Source: Octopus sinensis (taxonomy: Eukaryota). Taken from it: a stretch of 64,000 nucleotides of DNA. The stretch lies in contig NC_043025.1 of assembly GCF_006345805.1 (NCBI RefSeq), positions 434,001 through 498,000 on the forward strand. Direction: 5' to 3'. Positions within the stretch are counted from its first letter, which is position 1; each line of letters opens with the position of its first letter. Under the pieces are notes generated by a model, which searched no databases, was not told the DNA's origin, and was given only the letters and a program-made list of their open reading frames with translations. Shown piece after piece: positions 24,501 through 39,500 of the stretch. The translations under genes were made by a program, and so were the position numbers.

Positions 24501-27500
24501 GAACTTGAAAGGCGCTACAGTGGCAGACTTACAGAAAACATGCTGACGGACTACTGCTGGTTTAAAGAACTTGAAAGGCGCTACAGTGGCAGACTTACAG
24601 CAAACATGCTGACGGACTACTGCTGGTTTAAAGAGCTAGAAAGGCGCTACAGTGGCAGACTTACTGCAAACATGCTGACGGACTACTGCTGGTTTAAAGA
24701 GCAAGAAAGGCGCTACAGTGGCAGACTTACAGCAAACATGCTGACAGACTACTGCTGGTTTAAAGAACTTGAAAGGCGCTACAGTGGCAGACTTACAGCA
24801 AACATGCTGACAGACTACTGCTGGTTTAAAGAACTAGAAAGGCGCTACAGTGGCAGGCTTACAGCAAACATGCTGATGGACTACTGCTGGTTTAAAGAAC
24901 TAGAAAGGCGCTACAGTGGCAGACTTACAGCAAACATGCTGACGGACTACTGCTTGTTTAAAGAGCTAGAAAGGCGCTACAGTGGCAGACTTACAGCAAA
25001 CATGCTGACGGACTACTGCTGGTTGAAAGAGCTAGAAAGGCGCTACGGTGGCAGACTTACAGCAAACATGCTGACGGACTACTGCTGGTTTACAGAACTA
25101 GAAAGGCGCTACAGTGGCAGGCTTACAGCAAACATGCTGACGGACTACTGCTGGTTTAAAGAACTAGAAAGGCGCTACAGTGGCAGACTTACCGCAAACA
25201 TGCTGACGGACTACTGGTTGTTTAAAGAACTAGAAAGGCTCTACAGTGGCAGACTTACAGCAAACATGCTGACGGACTACTGCTGATTTCAAGAACTAGA
25301 AAGGCGCTACAGTGGCAGACTTACGCAAACATGCTGACGGACTACTGCTGGTTTAAAGAGCTAGAAAGGCGCTACAGTGGCAGACTTACAGCAAGCATGC
25401 TGACGGACTACTGCTGGTTTAAAGAGCTAGAAAGGGGCTACAGTGGCAGGCTTACAGCAAACATGCTGACGGACTACTGCTGGTTTAAAGAACTAGAAAG
25501 GCGCTATAGTGGCAGACTTACAGCAAACATGCTGACGGACTACTGCTGGTTTAAAGAAAGTAGAAAGGCGCTACAGTGGCAGACTTACAGCAAACATGCT
25601 GACGGACTACTGCTGGTTTAAAGAACTAGAAAGGCGCTACAGTGGCAGGCTTACAGCAAACATGCTGACGGACTACTGCTGGTTAAAAGAGCTAGAAAGG
25701 CGCTACAGTGGCAGGCTTACAGCAAATATGCTGACGGACGACTGCTGGTTTAAAGAACTAGAAAGGCGCTACAGTGGCAGGCTTACAGCAAACATGCTGA
25801 CGGACTACTGCTGGTTTAAAGAACTAGAAAGGCGCAACAGTGGTTGGTTTACAGCAAACATGCAGACGGACTACTGCTGGTTTAAAGAACTAGAAAGGCG
25901 CTACAGTGGCAGACTTACCGCAAACATGCTGACGGACTACTGCTGGTTTGAAGAGCTAGAAAGGCGTTACAGTGGCAGGCTTACAGCAACCATGCTGACG
26001 GACTACTGCTGGTTTAAAGAACTAGAAAGGCGCTATAGTGGCAGGCTTACAGCAAACATGCTGACGGACTACTGCTGGTTTAAAGAACGACAAAGGCGCT
26101 ATAGTGGCAGGCTTACAGCAAACATGCTGACGGACTACTGCTGGTTTAAAGAGCTAGAATGGCGCTACTGTGGCAGGCTTACAGCAAACATGCTGACGGA
26201 CTACTGCTGGTTTAAAGAGCTAGAAAGGCGCTACAGTGGCAGGCTTACAGCAAACATGCTGACGGACTACTGCTGGTCTAAAGATCTAGAAAGGCGCTAC
26301 AGTGGCAGGCTTACAGCAAACATGCTGACGGACTACTGCTGGTTTAAAGAACTAGAAAGGCGCTATAGTGGCAGATTACGACAAACATGCTGATGGACTA
26401 CTGCTGGTTTAAAGAAAGTAGAAAGGCGCTACAGTGGCAGACTTACAGCAAACATGCTGACGGACTACTGCTGGTTTAAAGAGCAAGAAAGGCGTTACAT
26501 TGGCAGGCTTACAGCAAACATGCTGACGGACAACTGCTGGTTTAAAGAACTAGAAAGGCGCTACAGTGGCAGGCTTACAGCAAACATGATGACGGACTAC
26601 TGCTGGTTTAAAGAACTTGAAAGGCGCTACAGTGGCAGACTTACAGCAAACATGCTGACGGACAACTGCTGGTTTAAAGAACTAGAAGGGCGCTACAGTG
26701 GCAGGCTTACAGCAAACATGATGACGGACTACTGCTGGTTTAAAGAACTTGAAAGGCGCTACAGTGGCAGACTTACAGCAAACATGCTGACGGACAACTG
26801 CTGGTTTAAAGAACTAGAAAGGCGCTACAGTGGCAGGCTTACAGCAAACATGATGACGGACTACTGCTGGTTTAAAGAACTAGAAAGGCTCTCCAGTGGC
26901 AGACTTGCAACAAACATGCTGACGGACTACTGCTGGTTAAAAGAAATAGAAAGGCGCTACAGTGGCAGACTTACAGCAAACATGCTGACGGACAACTGCT
27001 GGTTTAAAGAACTTGAAAGGCGCTACAGTGGCAGACTTACAGCAAACATGCTGACGGACTACTGCTGGTTAAAAGAACTAGAAAGGCGCTACAGTGGCAG
27101 GCTTACAGCAAACATGATGACGGACTACTGCTGGTTTAAAGAACTAGAAAGGCGCTACAGTGGCAGACTTACAGCAAACATGCTGACGGACAACTGCTGG
27201 TTTAAAGAACTAGAAGGGCGCTACAGTGGCAGGCTTACAGCAAACATGATGACGGACTACTGCTGGTTTAAAGAACTAGAAAGGCGCTACAGTGGCAGAC
27301 TTACAGCAAACATGCTGACGGACTACTGCTGGTTTAAAGAACTAGAAAGGCGCTACAGTGGCAGCTTACAGCAAACATGCTGACGGACTACTGCTGGTTT
27401 AAAGAACTAGAAAGGCGCTACAGTGGCAGACTTACAGCAAACATGCTGACGGACTACTGCTGGTTTAAAGAACTAGAAAGGCGCTACAGTGGCAGGCTTA

Positions 27501-30500
27501 CAGCAAACATGCTGACGGACTACTGCTGGTTTAAAGAACTTGAAAGGCGCTACAGTGGCAGACTTACAGCAAACATGCTGACGGACAACTGCTGGTTTAA
27601 AGAACTAGAAAGGCGCTACAGTGGCAGGCTTACAGCAAACATGATGACGGACTACTGCTGGTTTAAAGAACTTGAAAGGCGCTACAGTGGCAGACTTACA
27701 GCAAACATGCTGACGGACAACTGCTGGTTTAAAGAACTATAAAGGCGCTACAGTGGCAGGCTTACAGCAAACATGATGACGGACTACTGCTGGTTTAAAG
27801 AACTAGAAAGGCTCTCCAGTGGCAGACTTGCAACAAACATGCTGACGGACTACTGCTGGTTTAAAGTACTAGAAAGGCGCTACAGTGGCAGGCTTACAGC
27901 AAACATGCTGACGGACTACTGCTGGTTAAAAGAAATAGAAAGGCGCTACAGTGGCAGGCTTACAGCAAACATGCTGACGGACGACTGCTGGTTAAAAGAA
28001 CTAGAAAGGCTCTCCAGTGGCAGGCTTACAGCAAACATGCTGACGGACTACTGCTGATTTAAAGAAATAGAAAGGCTCTCCAGTGGCAGACTTGCAACAA
28101 ACATGCTGACGGACTACTGCTGGTTTAAAGAGCTAGAAAGACGCTACAGTGGCAGGCTTACAGCAAACATGCTGACGGACTACTGCTGGTTAAAAGAGCT
28201 AGAAAGACGCTACAGTGGCAGGCTTTCAGCAAACATGCTGACGGACTACTGCTGGTTTAAAGAACTAGAAAGGCGCTACAGTGGCAGGCTTACAGCAAAC
28301 ATGCTGACGGACTACTGCTGGTTTAAAGAAATAGAAAGGCGCTATAGTGGCAGGCTTACAGCAAACATGCTGACGGACTACTGCTGGTTTAAAGAACTAG
28401 AAAGGCGCTACAGTGGCAGACTTACAGCAAACATGCTGACGGACTACTGCTGGTTTAAAGAAATAGAAAGGCGCTATAGTGGCAGGCTTACAGCAAACAT
28501 GCTGACGGACTACTGCTGGTTTAAAGAGCTAGAAAGGCGCTGCAGTGGCAGACTTACCGCAAACATGCTGACGGACTACTGCTGGTTTAAAGAGCTAGAA
28601 AGACGCTACAGTGGCAGGCTTACAGCAAACATGCTGACGGACTACTGCTGGTTTAAAGAACTAGAAAGGCGCTACAGTGGCAGACTTACAGCAAACATGC
28701 TGACGGACTACTGCTGGTTTAAAGAACTAGAAAGGCGCTACAGTGGCAGGCTTACAGCAAACATGCTGACGGACTACTGCTGGTTTAAAGAACTAGAAAG
28801 GCGCTACAGTGGCAGGCTTACAGCAAACATGCTGACGGACTACTGCTGGTTTAAAGAAATAGAAAGGCGCTATAGTGGCAGGCTTACAGCAAACATGCTG
28901 ACGGACTACTGCTGGTTTAAAGAGCTAGAAAGACGCTACAGCGGCAGGCTTACAGCAAACATGCTGACGGACTACTGCTGGTTTAAAGAAATAGAATGGC
29001 GCTACAGTGGCAGACTTACCGCAAACATGCTGACGGACTACTGCTGGTTTAAAGAACTAGAAAGGCGCTACAGTGGCAGACTTACCGCAAACATGCTGAC
29101 GGACTACTGCTGGTTTAAAGAACTAGAAAGGCGCTACAGTGGCAGACTTACAGCAAACATGCTGACGGACTACTGCTGGTTTAAAGAGCTAGAAAGGCGC
29201 TACAGTGGCAGGCTTACCGCAAACATGCTGACGGACTACTGCTGGTTTAAAGAAAGTAGAAAGGCGCTATAGTGGCAGGCTTACAGCAAACATGCTGACG
29301 GACTACTGCTGGTTTAAAGAAAGTAGAAAGGCTCTCCAGTGGCAGGCTTACAGCAAACATGCTGACGGACTACTGCTGGTTTAAAGAAAGTAGAAAGGCT
29401 CTCCAGTGGCAGGCTTACAGCAAACATGCTGACGGACTACTGCTGGTTTAAAGAGCTAGAAAGGCGCTACAGTGGCAGGTTTACAGCAAACATGCTGACG
29501 GACTACTGCTGGTTTAAAGAACTAGGAAGGCGCTACAGTGGCAGGCTTACCGCAAACATGCTGACGGACTACTGCTGGTTTAAAGAACTAGAAAGGCGCG
29601 ACAGTGGCAGACTTACCGCAAACATGCTGACGGACTACTGCTGGTTTAAAGAAAGTAGAAAGGCGCTATAGTGGCAGGCTTACAGCAAACATGCTGACGG
29701 ACTACTGCTGGTTTAAAGAAAGTAGAAAGGCTCTCCAGTGGCAGGCTTACAGCAAACATGCTGACGGTCTACTGCTGGTTTAAAGAGCTAGAAAGGCGCT
29801 ACAGTGGCAGGCTTACAGCAAACATGCTGACGGACTACTGCTGGTTTAAAGAACTAGAACTGCTGGTTTAAAGCTTAAAGAGCTAGAAAGGCGCTACAGT
29901 GGCAGGCTTACAGCAAACATGCTGACGGACTACTGCTGGTTTAAAGAACTAGAAAGGCTCTGCAGTGGCAGGCTTACAGCAAACATGCTGACGGACTACT
30001 GCTGGTTTAAAGAACTAGAAAGGCTCTCCAGTGGCAGGCTTTCACAGCAAACATGCTGACGGACTACTGCTGGTTAAAGAACTAGAAAGGCGCTCAGTGG
30101 CAGGCTTACAGCAAACATGCTGACGGACTACTGCTGGTTTAAAGAACTAGAAAGGCGCTACAGTGGCAGGCTTACAGCAAACATGCTGACGGACTACTGC
30201 TGGTTTAAAGAGCAAGAAAGGCGCTACAGTGGCAGGCTTACAGCAAACATGCTGACGGACTACTGCTGGTTTAAAGAACTAGAAAGGCGCTACAGTGGCA
30301 GGCTTACAGCAAACATGCTGACGGACTACTGCTGGTTTAAAGAACTAGAAAGGCGCTACAGTGGCAGGCTTACAGCAAACATGCTGACGGACTACTGCTG
30401 GTTTAAAGAACTAGAAAGGCGCTACAGTGGCAGGCTTACAGCAAACATGCTGACGGACTACTGCTGGTTTAAAGAACTAGAAAGGCGCTACAGTGGCAGG

Positions 30501-33500
30501 CTTACAGCAAACATGCTGACGGACTACTGCTGGTTTAAAGAACTTGAAAGGCGCTACAGTGGCAGACTTACAGCAAACATGCTGACGGACTACTGCTGGT
30601 TTAAAGAACTAGAAAGGCGGACAGTGGCAGGCTTACAGCAAACATGCTGACGGACTACTGCTGGTTTAAAGAACTAGAAAGGCGCTACAGTGGCAGCTTA
30701 CAGCAAACATGCTGACGGACTACTGCTGGTTTAAGAACTAGAAAGGCGCTACAGTGGCAGGCTTACAGCAAACATGCTGACGGACTACTGCTGCTTTTTA
30801 AAGAACTAGAAAGGCGCTACAGTGGCAGACTTACAGCAAACATGCTGACGGACTACTGCTGGTTTAAAGAACTAGAAAGGCGCTACAGTGGCAGGCTTAC
30901 AGCAAACATGCTGACGGACTACTGCTGGTTTAAAGAACTAGAAAGGCTCTCCAGTGGCAGACTTCAGCAAACATGCTGACGGACTACTGCTGGTTTAAAG
31001 AACTAGAAAGCGCTACAGTGGCAGGCTTACAGCAAACATGCTGACGGACTACTGCTGGTTTAAAGAACTAGAAAGGCGCTACAGTGGCAGGCTTACAGCA
31101 AACATGCTGACGGACTACTGCTGGTTTAAAGAACTAGAAAGGCGCTCCAGTGGCAGGCTTACAGCAAACATGCGACGGACTACTGCTGGTTTAAAGAACT
31201 AGAAAGGCGCTCCAGTGGCAGACTTACAGCAACATGCTGACGGACTACTACTGCTGTTTAAAGAGCTAGAAAGACGCTACAGTGGCAGGCTTACAGCAAA
31301 CATGCTGACGGACTACTGCTGGTTAAAAGAGCTAGAAGGCGCTACAGTGGCAGGCTTACAGCAAACATGCTGACGGACTACTGCTGGTTTAAAGAACTAG
31401 AAAGGCGCTACAGTGGCAGGCTTACAGCAAACATGCTGACGGACTACTGCTGGTTTAAAGAATAGAAAGGCGCTACAGTGGCAGGCTTACAGCAAACATG
31501 CTGACGGACTACTGCTGGTTTAAAGAACTAGAAAGGCGCTCAGTGGCAGACTTACAGCAAACATGCTGACGGACTACTGCTGGTTTAAGAATAGAAAGGC
31601 GCTACAGTGGCAGGCTTACAGCAAACATGCTGACGGACTACTGCTGGTTTAAAGAGCTAGAAAGGCGCTGCAGTGGCAGCTTACAGCAAACATGCTGACG
31701 GACTACTGCTGGTTTAAAGAGCTAGAAAGGCGCTACAGTGGCAGGCTTACAGCAAACATGCTGACGGACTACTGCTGGTTTAAAGAACTAGAAAGGCGCT
31801 ACAGTGGCAGGCTTACAGCAAACATGCTGACGGACTACTGCTGGTTTAAGAACTAGAAAGGCGCTACAGTGGCAGGCTTACAGCAAACATGCTGACGGAC
31901 TACTGCTGGTTTAAAGAACTAGAAAGGCGCTACAGTGGCAGGCTTACAGCAAACATGCTGACGGACTACTGCTGGTTTAAAGAACTAGAAAGGCGCTACA
32001 GTGGCAGGCTTACAGCAAACATGCTGACGGACTACTGCTGGTTTAAAGAGCTAGAAAGACGCTACAGTGGCAGGCTTACAGCAAACATGCTGACGGACTA
32101 CTGCTGGTTTAAAGAAATAGAAAGGCGCTACAGTGGCAGACTTACAGCAAACATGCTGACGGACTACTGCTGGTTTAAAGAACTAGAAAGGCGCTACAGT
32201 GGCAGGCTTACAGCAAACATGCTGACGGACTACTGCTGGTTTAAAGAACTAGAAAGGCGCTACAGTGGCAGACTTACAGCAAACATGCTGACGGACTACT
32301 GCTGGTTTAAAGAGCTAGAAAGCGCTACAGTGGCAGGCTTACGCAAACATGCTGACGGACTACTGCTGGTTTAAAGAACTAGAAAGGCGCTTTAGTGGCA
32401 GGCTTACAGCAAACATGCTGACGGACTACTGCTGGTTTAAAGAAAGTAGAAAGGTTCTCCAGTGGCAGGCTTACAGCAAACATGCTGACGGACTACTGCT
32501 GGTTTAAAGAACTAGAAAGGCGCTACAGTGGCAGACTTACCGCAAACATGCTGACGGACTACTGCTGGTTTAAAGAACTAGAAGGCGCTACAGTGGCAGA
32601 CTTACAGCAACATGCTGACGGACTACTGCTGGTTTAAAGAACTAGAAAGCGCTACAGTGGCAGGCTTACAGCAAACATGCTGACGGAACTACTGCTGGTT
32701 TAAAGAACTAGAAAGGCGCACAGTGGCAGGCTTACAGCAAACATGCTGACGGACTACTGCTGGTTTAAAGAAAGTAGAAAGGCGCTTAGGGCAGGCTTAC
32801 AGCAAACATGCTGACGACTACTGCTGGTTTAAAGAAAGTAGAAGGTTCTCCAGTGGCAGGCTTCAGCAAACATGCTGACGGACTACTGCTGGTTTAAAGA
32901 CTAGAAAGGCGCAACATGGCAGGCTTACCGCAACATGCTGACGGCTACTGCTGGTTTAAAGAAAGTAGAAAGGCGCTTTCTGGCAGGCTTACAGCAAACA
33001 TGCTGACGGACTACTGCTGGTTTAAAGAACTAGAAGGCGCTACAGTGGCAGACTTACAGCAAACATGCTGGACGGACTACTGCTGGTTTAAGAGCTAGAA
33101 GGCGCAACAGTGGCAGGCTTACCGCAAACATGCTGACGGACTACTGCTGGTTTAAAGAAAGTAGAAAGGCGCTTTAGTGGCAGGCTTACAGCAAACATGC
33201 TGACGGACTACTGCTGGTTTAAAGAAAGTAGAAAGGCCTCCAGTGGCAGGCTTACAGCAAACATGCTGACGGACTACTGCTGGTTTAAGAAAGTAGAAAG
33301 GCTCTCCAGTGGCAGGCTTACAGCAAACATGCTGACGGACTACTGCTGGTTTAAAGAGCTAGAAAGGCGCTACAGTGGCAGCTTACAGCAAACATGCTGA
33401 CGGACTACTGCTGGTTTAAAGAACTAGGAAGGCGCTACAGTGGCAGAGGCTTACCGCAAACATGCTGACGACTACTGCTGGTTTAAAGAACTAGAAAGGC

Positions 33501-36500
33501 GCTACAGTGGCAGCTTACCGCAACATGCTGACGGACTACTGCTCTGGTTAAAAAGAAAGTAGAAAGCCATAAGTGGCAGGCTTAGAGCAAACATGCTGAC
33601 GGACTACTGCTGGTTTAAAGAAAGTAGAAAGGCTCTCAGTGGCAGGCTACAGCAAACATGCTGACGGACTACTGCGGGTTAAAGAGCTATGAAAGGCGCT
33701 ACATGGCAGGCTTACAGCAAACATGCTGACGGACTACTGCTGGTTTAAAGACTAGAAAGGCGCTACAGTGCAGGCTTACAGCAAACATGCTGACGTCTAC
33801 TGCTGGTTTAAAGAAATAGAAAGGCGCCAGTGGCAGGCTTTCAGCAACACATGCTGACGGACTACTGCTGGTTTAAAGAACTACTAGCAAGGCTCTACAG
33901 TGGCAGGCTTTCAGCAAACATGCTGACGGACTACTGCTGGTTTAAAGAACTAGAAAGGCGCTACAGTGGCAGGCTTACAGCAATCATGCACGGACTACTG
34001 CTGGTTTAAAGAACTAGAAAGGCTATCCAGTGACAGGCTTTCAGCAAACATGCTGACGGACTACTGCTGGTTTAAAGAACAAGAAAGGCGCTACAGTGGC
34101 AGGCTTACAGCAAACATGCTTACGGACTAGTGCTGGTTTGAAGAACTAGAAAGGCGCTACAGTGGCAGGCTTACAGCAAACATGCTGACGGACTACTGCC
34201 GGTTTAAAGAACTAGAAAGGCTCTCCAGTGGCAGGCTTTCAGCAAACATGCTGACGGACTACTGCTGGTTTAAAGAACTAGAAATGCGCTACAGTGGCAG
34301 GCTTACAGCAAACATGCTGACGGACTACTGCTGGTTTAAAGAGCTAGAAAGGCGCTACAGTGGCAGGCTTACGGCAAACATGCTGACGGACTACTGCTGG
34401 TTTAAAGAACTAGAAAGGCTCTCCAGTGGCAGGCTTTCACAAACATGCTGACGGACAACTGCTCGTTTAAAGAACTAGACAGGCGCAACAGTGGCAGGCT
34501 TACAGCAAACATGCTGACGGACTACTGCTGGTTTAAAGAACTAGAGAGGCTCTCCAGTGGCAGGCTTTCAGCAAACATGATGACGGACTACTGCTGGTTT
34601 AAAGAACTAGAAAGGCGCTACAGTGGCAGGCTTACAGCAAACATGCTGACGGACTACTGCTGGTTTAAAGAACTAGAAAGACGCTACAGTGGCAGGCTTT
34701 CAGCAAACATGCTGACGGACTACTGCTGGTTTAAAGAACTAGAAAGGCGCTACAGTGGCAGGCTTACAGCAAACATGCTGACGGACTACTGCTGGTTTAA
34801 AGAACTAGAAAGGCTCTCCAGTGGCAGGCTTTCAGCAAAGATGCTGACGGACTACTGCTGGTTTAAAGAACTAGAAAGGCGCTACAGTGGCAGGCTTACA
34901 GCAAACATGCTGACGGTCTACTGCTGGTTTAAAGAACTAGAAAGGCTCTCCAGTGGCAGGCTTTCAGCAAACATGCTGACGGACTACTGCTGGTTTAAAG
35001 AACTAGAAAGGCGCTACAGTGGCAGGCTTACAGCAAACATGCTGACGGACTACTGCTGGTTTAAAGAGCTAGAAAGGCGCTACAGTGGCAGGCTTACAGC
35101 AAACATGCTGACGGACTACTGCTGGTTTAAAGAACTAGAAAGGCGCTACAGTGGCAGCCTTACAGCAAACATGCTGACGGACTACTGCTGGTCTAAAGAA
35201 CTAGAAAGGCGCTACAGTGGCAGTCTTTCAGCAAACATGCTGACGGACTACTGCTGGTTGAAAGAGCTAGAAAGGCGCTACAGTGGCAGGCTTACAGCAA
35301 ACATGCTGACGGACTACTGCTGGTTAAAAGAACTAAAAAGGCGCTACAGTGGCAGGCTTACAGCAAACATGCTGACGGACTACTGCTGGTTTAAAGAACT
35401 AGAAAGGCGCTACAGTGGCAGGCTTACAGCAAACATGCTGACGGACTACTGCTGGTTTAAAGAACTAGAAAGGCTCTCCAGTGGCAGGCTTTCAGCAAAC
35501 ATGCTGACGGACTACTGCTGGTTTAAAGAACTAGAAAGGCTCTCCAGTGGCAGGCTTTCAGCAAACATGCTGACGGACTACTGCTGGTTTAAAGAGCTAG
35601 AAAGGCGCTACAGTGGCACACTTACAGCAAACATGCTGACGGACTACTGCTGGTTTAAAGAACTAGAAAGGCTCTCCAGTGGCAGGCTTTCAGCAAACAT
35701 GCTGACGGACTACTGCTGGTTTAAAGAGCTAGAAAGGCTCTCCAGTGGCAGGCTTACAGCAAACATGCTGACGGACTACTGCTGGTTTAAAGAGCTAGAA
35801 AGGCTCTCCAGTGGCAGGCTTTCAGGAAACATGCTGACGGACTACTGCTGGTTTAAAGAACTAGAAAGGCTCTCCAGTGGCAGACTTTCAGCAAACATGC
35901 TGACGGACTACTGCTGGTTTAAAGAGTTAGAAAGGCTCTCCAGTGGCAGGCTTTCTGCAAACATGCTGACGGACTACTGCTGGTTCAAAGAGCTAGAAAG
36001 GCGCTACAGTGGCAGGCTTTCAGCAAACATGCTGACGGCCTACTGCTGGTTTAAAGAACTAGAAAGGCTCTCCAGTGGCAGACTTACAGCAAACATGCTG
36101 ACGGACTACTGCTGGTTTAAAGAGCTAGAAAGGCGCGACAGTGGCAGGCTTTCAGCAAACATGCTGACGGACTACTGCTGGTTTAAAGAGCTAGAAAGGC
36201 GCTACAGTGGCAGGCTTTCAGCAAACATGCTGACGGACTACTGCTGGTTTAAAGAACTAGAAAGGCTCTCCAGTGGCAGACTTACAGCAAACATGCTGAC
36301 GGACTACTGCTGGTTTAAAGAACTAGAAAGGCTCTCCAGTGGCAGACATACAGCAAACATGCTGACGGACTACTGCTGGTTTAAAGAGCTAGAAAGGCGC
36401 GACAGTGGCAGGCTTTCAGCAAACATGCTGACGGACTACTGCTGGTTCAAAAGAGCTAGAAAGGCGCTACAGTGGCAGGCTTTCAGCAAACATGCTGACG

Positions 36501-39500
36501 GACTACTGCTGGTTTAAAGAACTAGAAAGGCTCTCCAGTGGCAGACTTACAGCAAACATGCTGACGGACTACTGCTGGTTTAAAGAACTAGAAAGGCTCT
36601 CCAGTGGCAGACATACAGCAAACATGCTGACGGACTACTGCTGGTTTAAAGAGCTAGAAAGGCGCTACAGTGGCAGGCTTTCAGCAAACATGCTGACGGA
36701 CTACTGCTGGTTTAAAGAGCTAGAATGGCGCTACAGTGGCAGACTTACAGCAAACATGCTGACGGACTACTGCTGGTTTAAAGAGCTAGAAAGGCTCTCC
36801 AGTGGCAGGCTTTCAGGAAACATGCTGACGGACTACTGCTGGTTTAAAGAACTAGAAAGGCTCTCCAGTGGCAGACTTTCAGCAAACATGCTGACGGACT
36901 ACTGCTGGTTTAAAGAGTTAGAAAGGCTCTCCAGTGGCAGGCTTTCTGCAAACATGCTGACGGACTACTGCTGGTTCAAAGAGCTAGAAAGGCGCTACAG
37001 TGGCAGGCTTTCAGCAAACATGCTGACGGCCTACTGCTGGTTTAAAGAACTAGAAAGGCTCTCCAGTGGCAGACTTACAGCAAACATGCTGACGGACTAC
37101 TGCTGGTTTAAAGAGCTAGAAAGGCGCGACAGTGGCAGGCTTCAGCAAACATACTGACGGACTACTGCTGGTTTAAAGAGCTAGAAAGGCGCTACAGTGG
37201 CAGGCTTCAGCAAACATGCTGACGGACTACTGCTGGTTTAAAGAACTAGAAAGGCTCTCCAGTGGCAGACTTACAGCAAACATGCTGACGGACTACTGCT
37301 GGTTTAAAGAACTAGAAAGGCTCTCCAGTGGCAGACATACAGCAAACATGCTGACGGACTACTGCTGGTTTAAAGAGCTAGAAAGGCGCGACAGTGGCAG
37401 GCTTTCAGCAAACATGCTGACGGACTACTGCTGGTTTAAAGAGCTAGAAAGGCGCTACAGTGGCAGGCTTTCAGCAAACATGCTGACGGACTACTGCTGG
37501 TTTAAAGAACTAGAAAGGCTCTCCAGTGGCAGACTTACAGCAAACATGCTGACGGACTACTGCTGGTTTAAAGAACTAGAAAGGCTCTCCAGTGGCAGAC
37601 ATACAGCAAACATGCTGACGGACTACTGCTGGTTTAAAGAGCTAGAAAGGCGCTACAGTGGCAGGCTTTCAGCAAACATGCTGACGGACTACTGCTGGTT
37701 TAAAGAGCTAGAATGGCGCTACAGTGGCAGACTTACAGCAAACATGCTGACGGACTACTGCTGGTTTAATGAGCTAGAAAGGCGCTACAGTGGCAGACTT
37801 ACAGCAAACATGCTGACGGACTACTGCTGGTTTAAAGGGCTAGAAAGGCGCTACAGTGGCAGACTTACAGCAAACATGCTGACGGACTACTGCTGGTTCA
37901 AAGAACTAGAAATGCGCTACAGTGGCAGGCTTAGAGCAAACATGCTGACGGACTACTGCTGGTTTAAAGAACTAGAAAGGCTCTCCAATGGCAGGCTTAC
38001 AGCAAACATGCTGACGGACTACTGCTGGTTTAAAGAACTAGAAAGTCTCTCCAGTGGCAGGTTTTCAGCAAACATGCTGACGGACTACTGCTGGTTTAAA
38101 GAACTAGAAAGGCGCTACAGTGGCAGACTTACAGCAAACATGCTGACGGACTACTGCTGATTTAAAGGGCTAGAAAGGCTCTACAGTGGCAGACTTACAG
38201 CAAACATGCTGACGGACTACTGCTGGTTTAAAGAACTAGAAAGGCGCTACAGTGGCAGGCTTAGAGCAAACATGCTGACGGACTACTGCTGGTTTAAAGA
38301 ACTAGAAAGGCTCTCCAATGGTAGGCTTACAGCAAACATGCTGACGGACTACTGCTGGTTTAAAGAACTAGAAAGTCTCTCCAGTGGCAGGTTTTCAGCA
38401 AACATGCTGACGGACTACTGCTGGTTTAAAGAACTAGAAAGGCTCTCCAGTGGCAGGCTTTCAGCAAACATGCTGACGGACTACTGCTGGTTTAAAGAAC
38501 TAGAAAGACGCTACAGTGGCAGGCTTAGAGCAAACATGCTGACGGACTACTGCTGGTTTAAAGAACTAGAAAGGCTCTCCAGTGGCAGGCTTACAGCAAA
38601 CATGCTGACGGACTACTGCTGGTTTAAAGAGCTAGAAAGGCGCTACAGTGGCAGGTTTACAGCAAACATGCTGACGGACTACTGCTGGTTTAAAGAGCTA
38701 GAAAGGCGCTACAGTGGCAGGCTTACAGCAAACATGCTGACGGACTACTGCTGGTTAAAAGAACTAGAAAGGCGCTACAGTGGCAGGCTTACAGCAAACA
38801 TGCTGACGGACTACTGCTGGTTTAAAGAACTAGAAAGGCGCTACAGTGGCAGGCTTCAGCAAACATGCTGACGGACTACTGCTGGTTTAAAGAGCTAGAA
38901 AGGCGCTACAGTGGCAGACTTTCAGCAGACATGCTGACGGACTACTGCTGGTTTAATGAGCTAGAAAGGCGCTACAGTGGCAGACTTACAGCAAACATGC
39001 TGACGGACTACTGCTGGTTTAAAGAGCTAGAAAGGCGCTACAGTGGCAGACTTACAGCAAACATGCTGACGGACTACTGCTGGTTAAAGAACTAGAAAGG
39101 CGCTACAGTGGCAGGCTTTCAGCAAACATGCTGACGGACTACTGCTGGTTTAAAGAACTAGAAAGGCTCTCCAGTGGCAGCTTTCAGCAAACATGCTGAC
39201 GGACTACTGCTGGTTTAAAGAACTAGAAAGGCGCTACAGTGGCAGGCTTACAGCAAACATGCTGACCGGACTACTGCTGGTTTAAAGAAATAGAAAGGCT
39301 CTCCAGTGGCAGGCTTCAGCAAACATGCTGACGGACTACTGCTGGTTTAAAGACTAGAAAGGCTCTCCAGTGGCAGGTTTTCAGCAAACATGCTGACGGA
39401 CTACTGCTGGTTTAAAGAACTAGAAAGGCGCTACAGTGGCAAGTTAGAGCAAACATGCTGACGGACTACTGGTTTAAAGAACTAGAAAGGCTCTCAGTGG

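Noticed and set aside
29850-34000. Indel-rich zones of the array (also about 39.0-39.6, 45.6-48.9 and 53.7-54.8 kb) as older degenerate layers
   Set aside because: Mostly non-recurrent single-base indels in short homopolymers, which is more consistent with unpolished long-read error. Copy number and frameshift counts are therefore uncertain.
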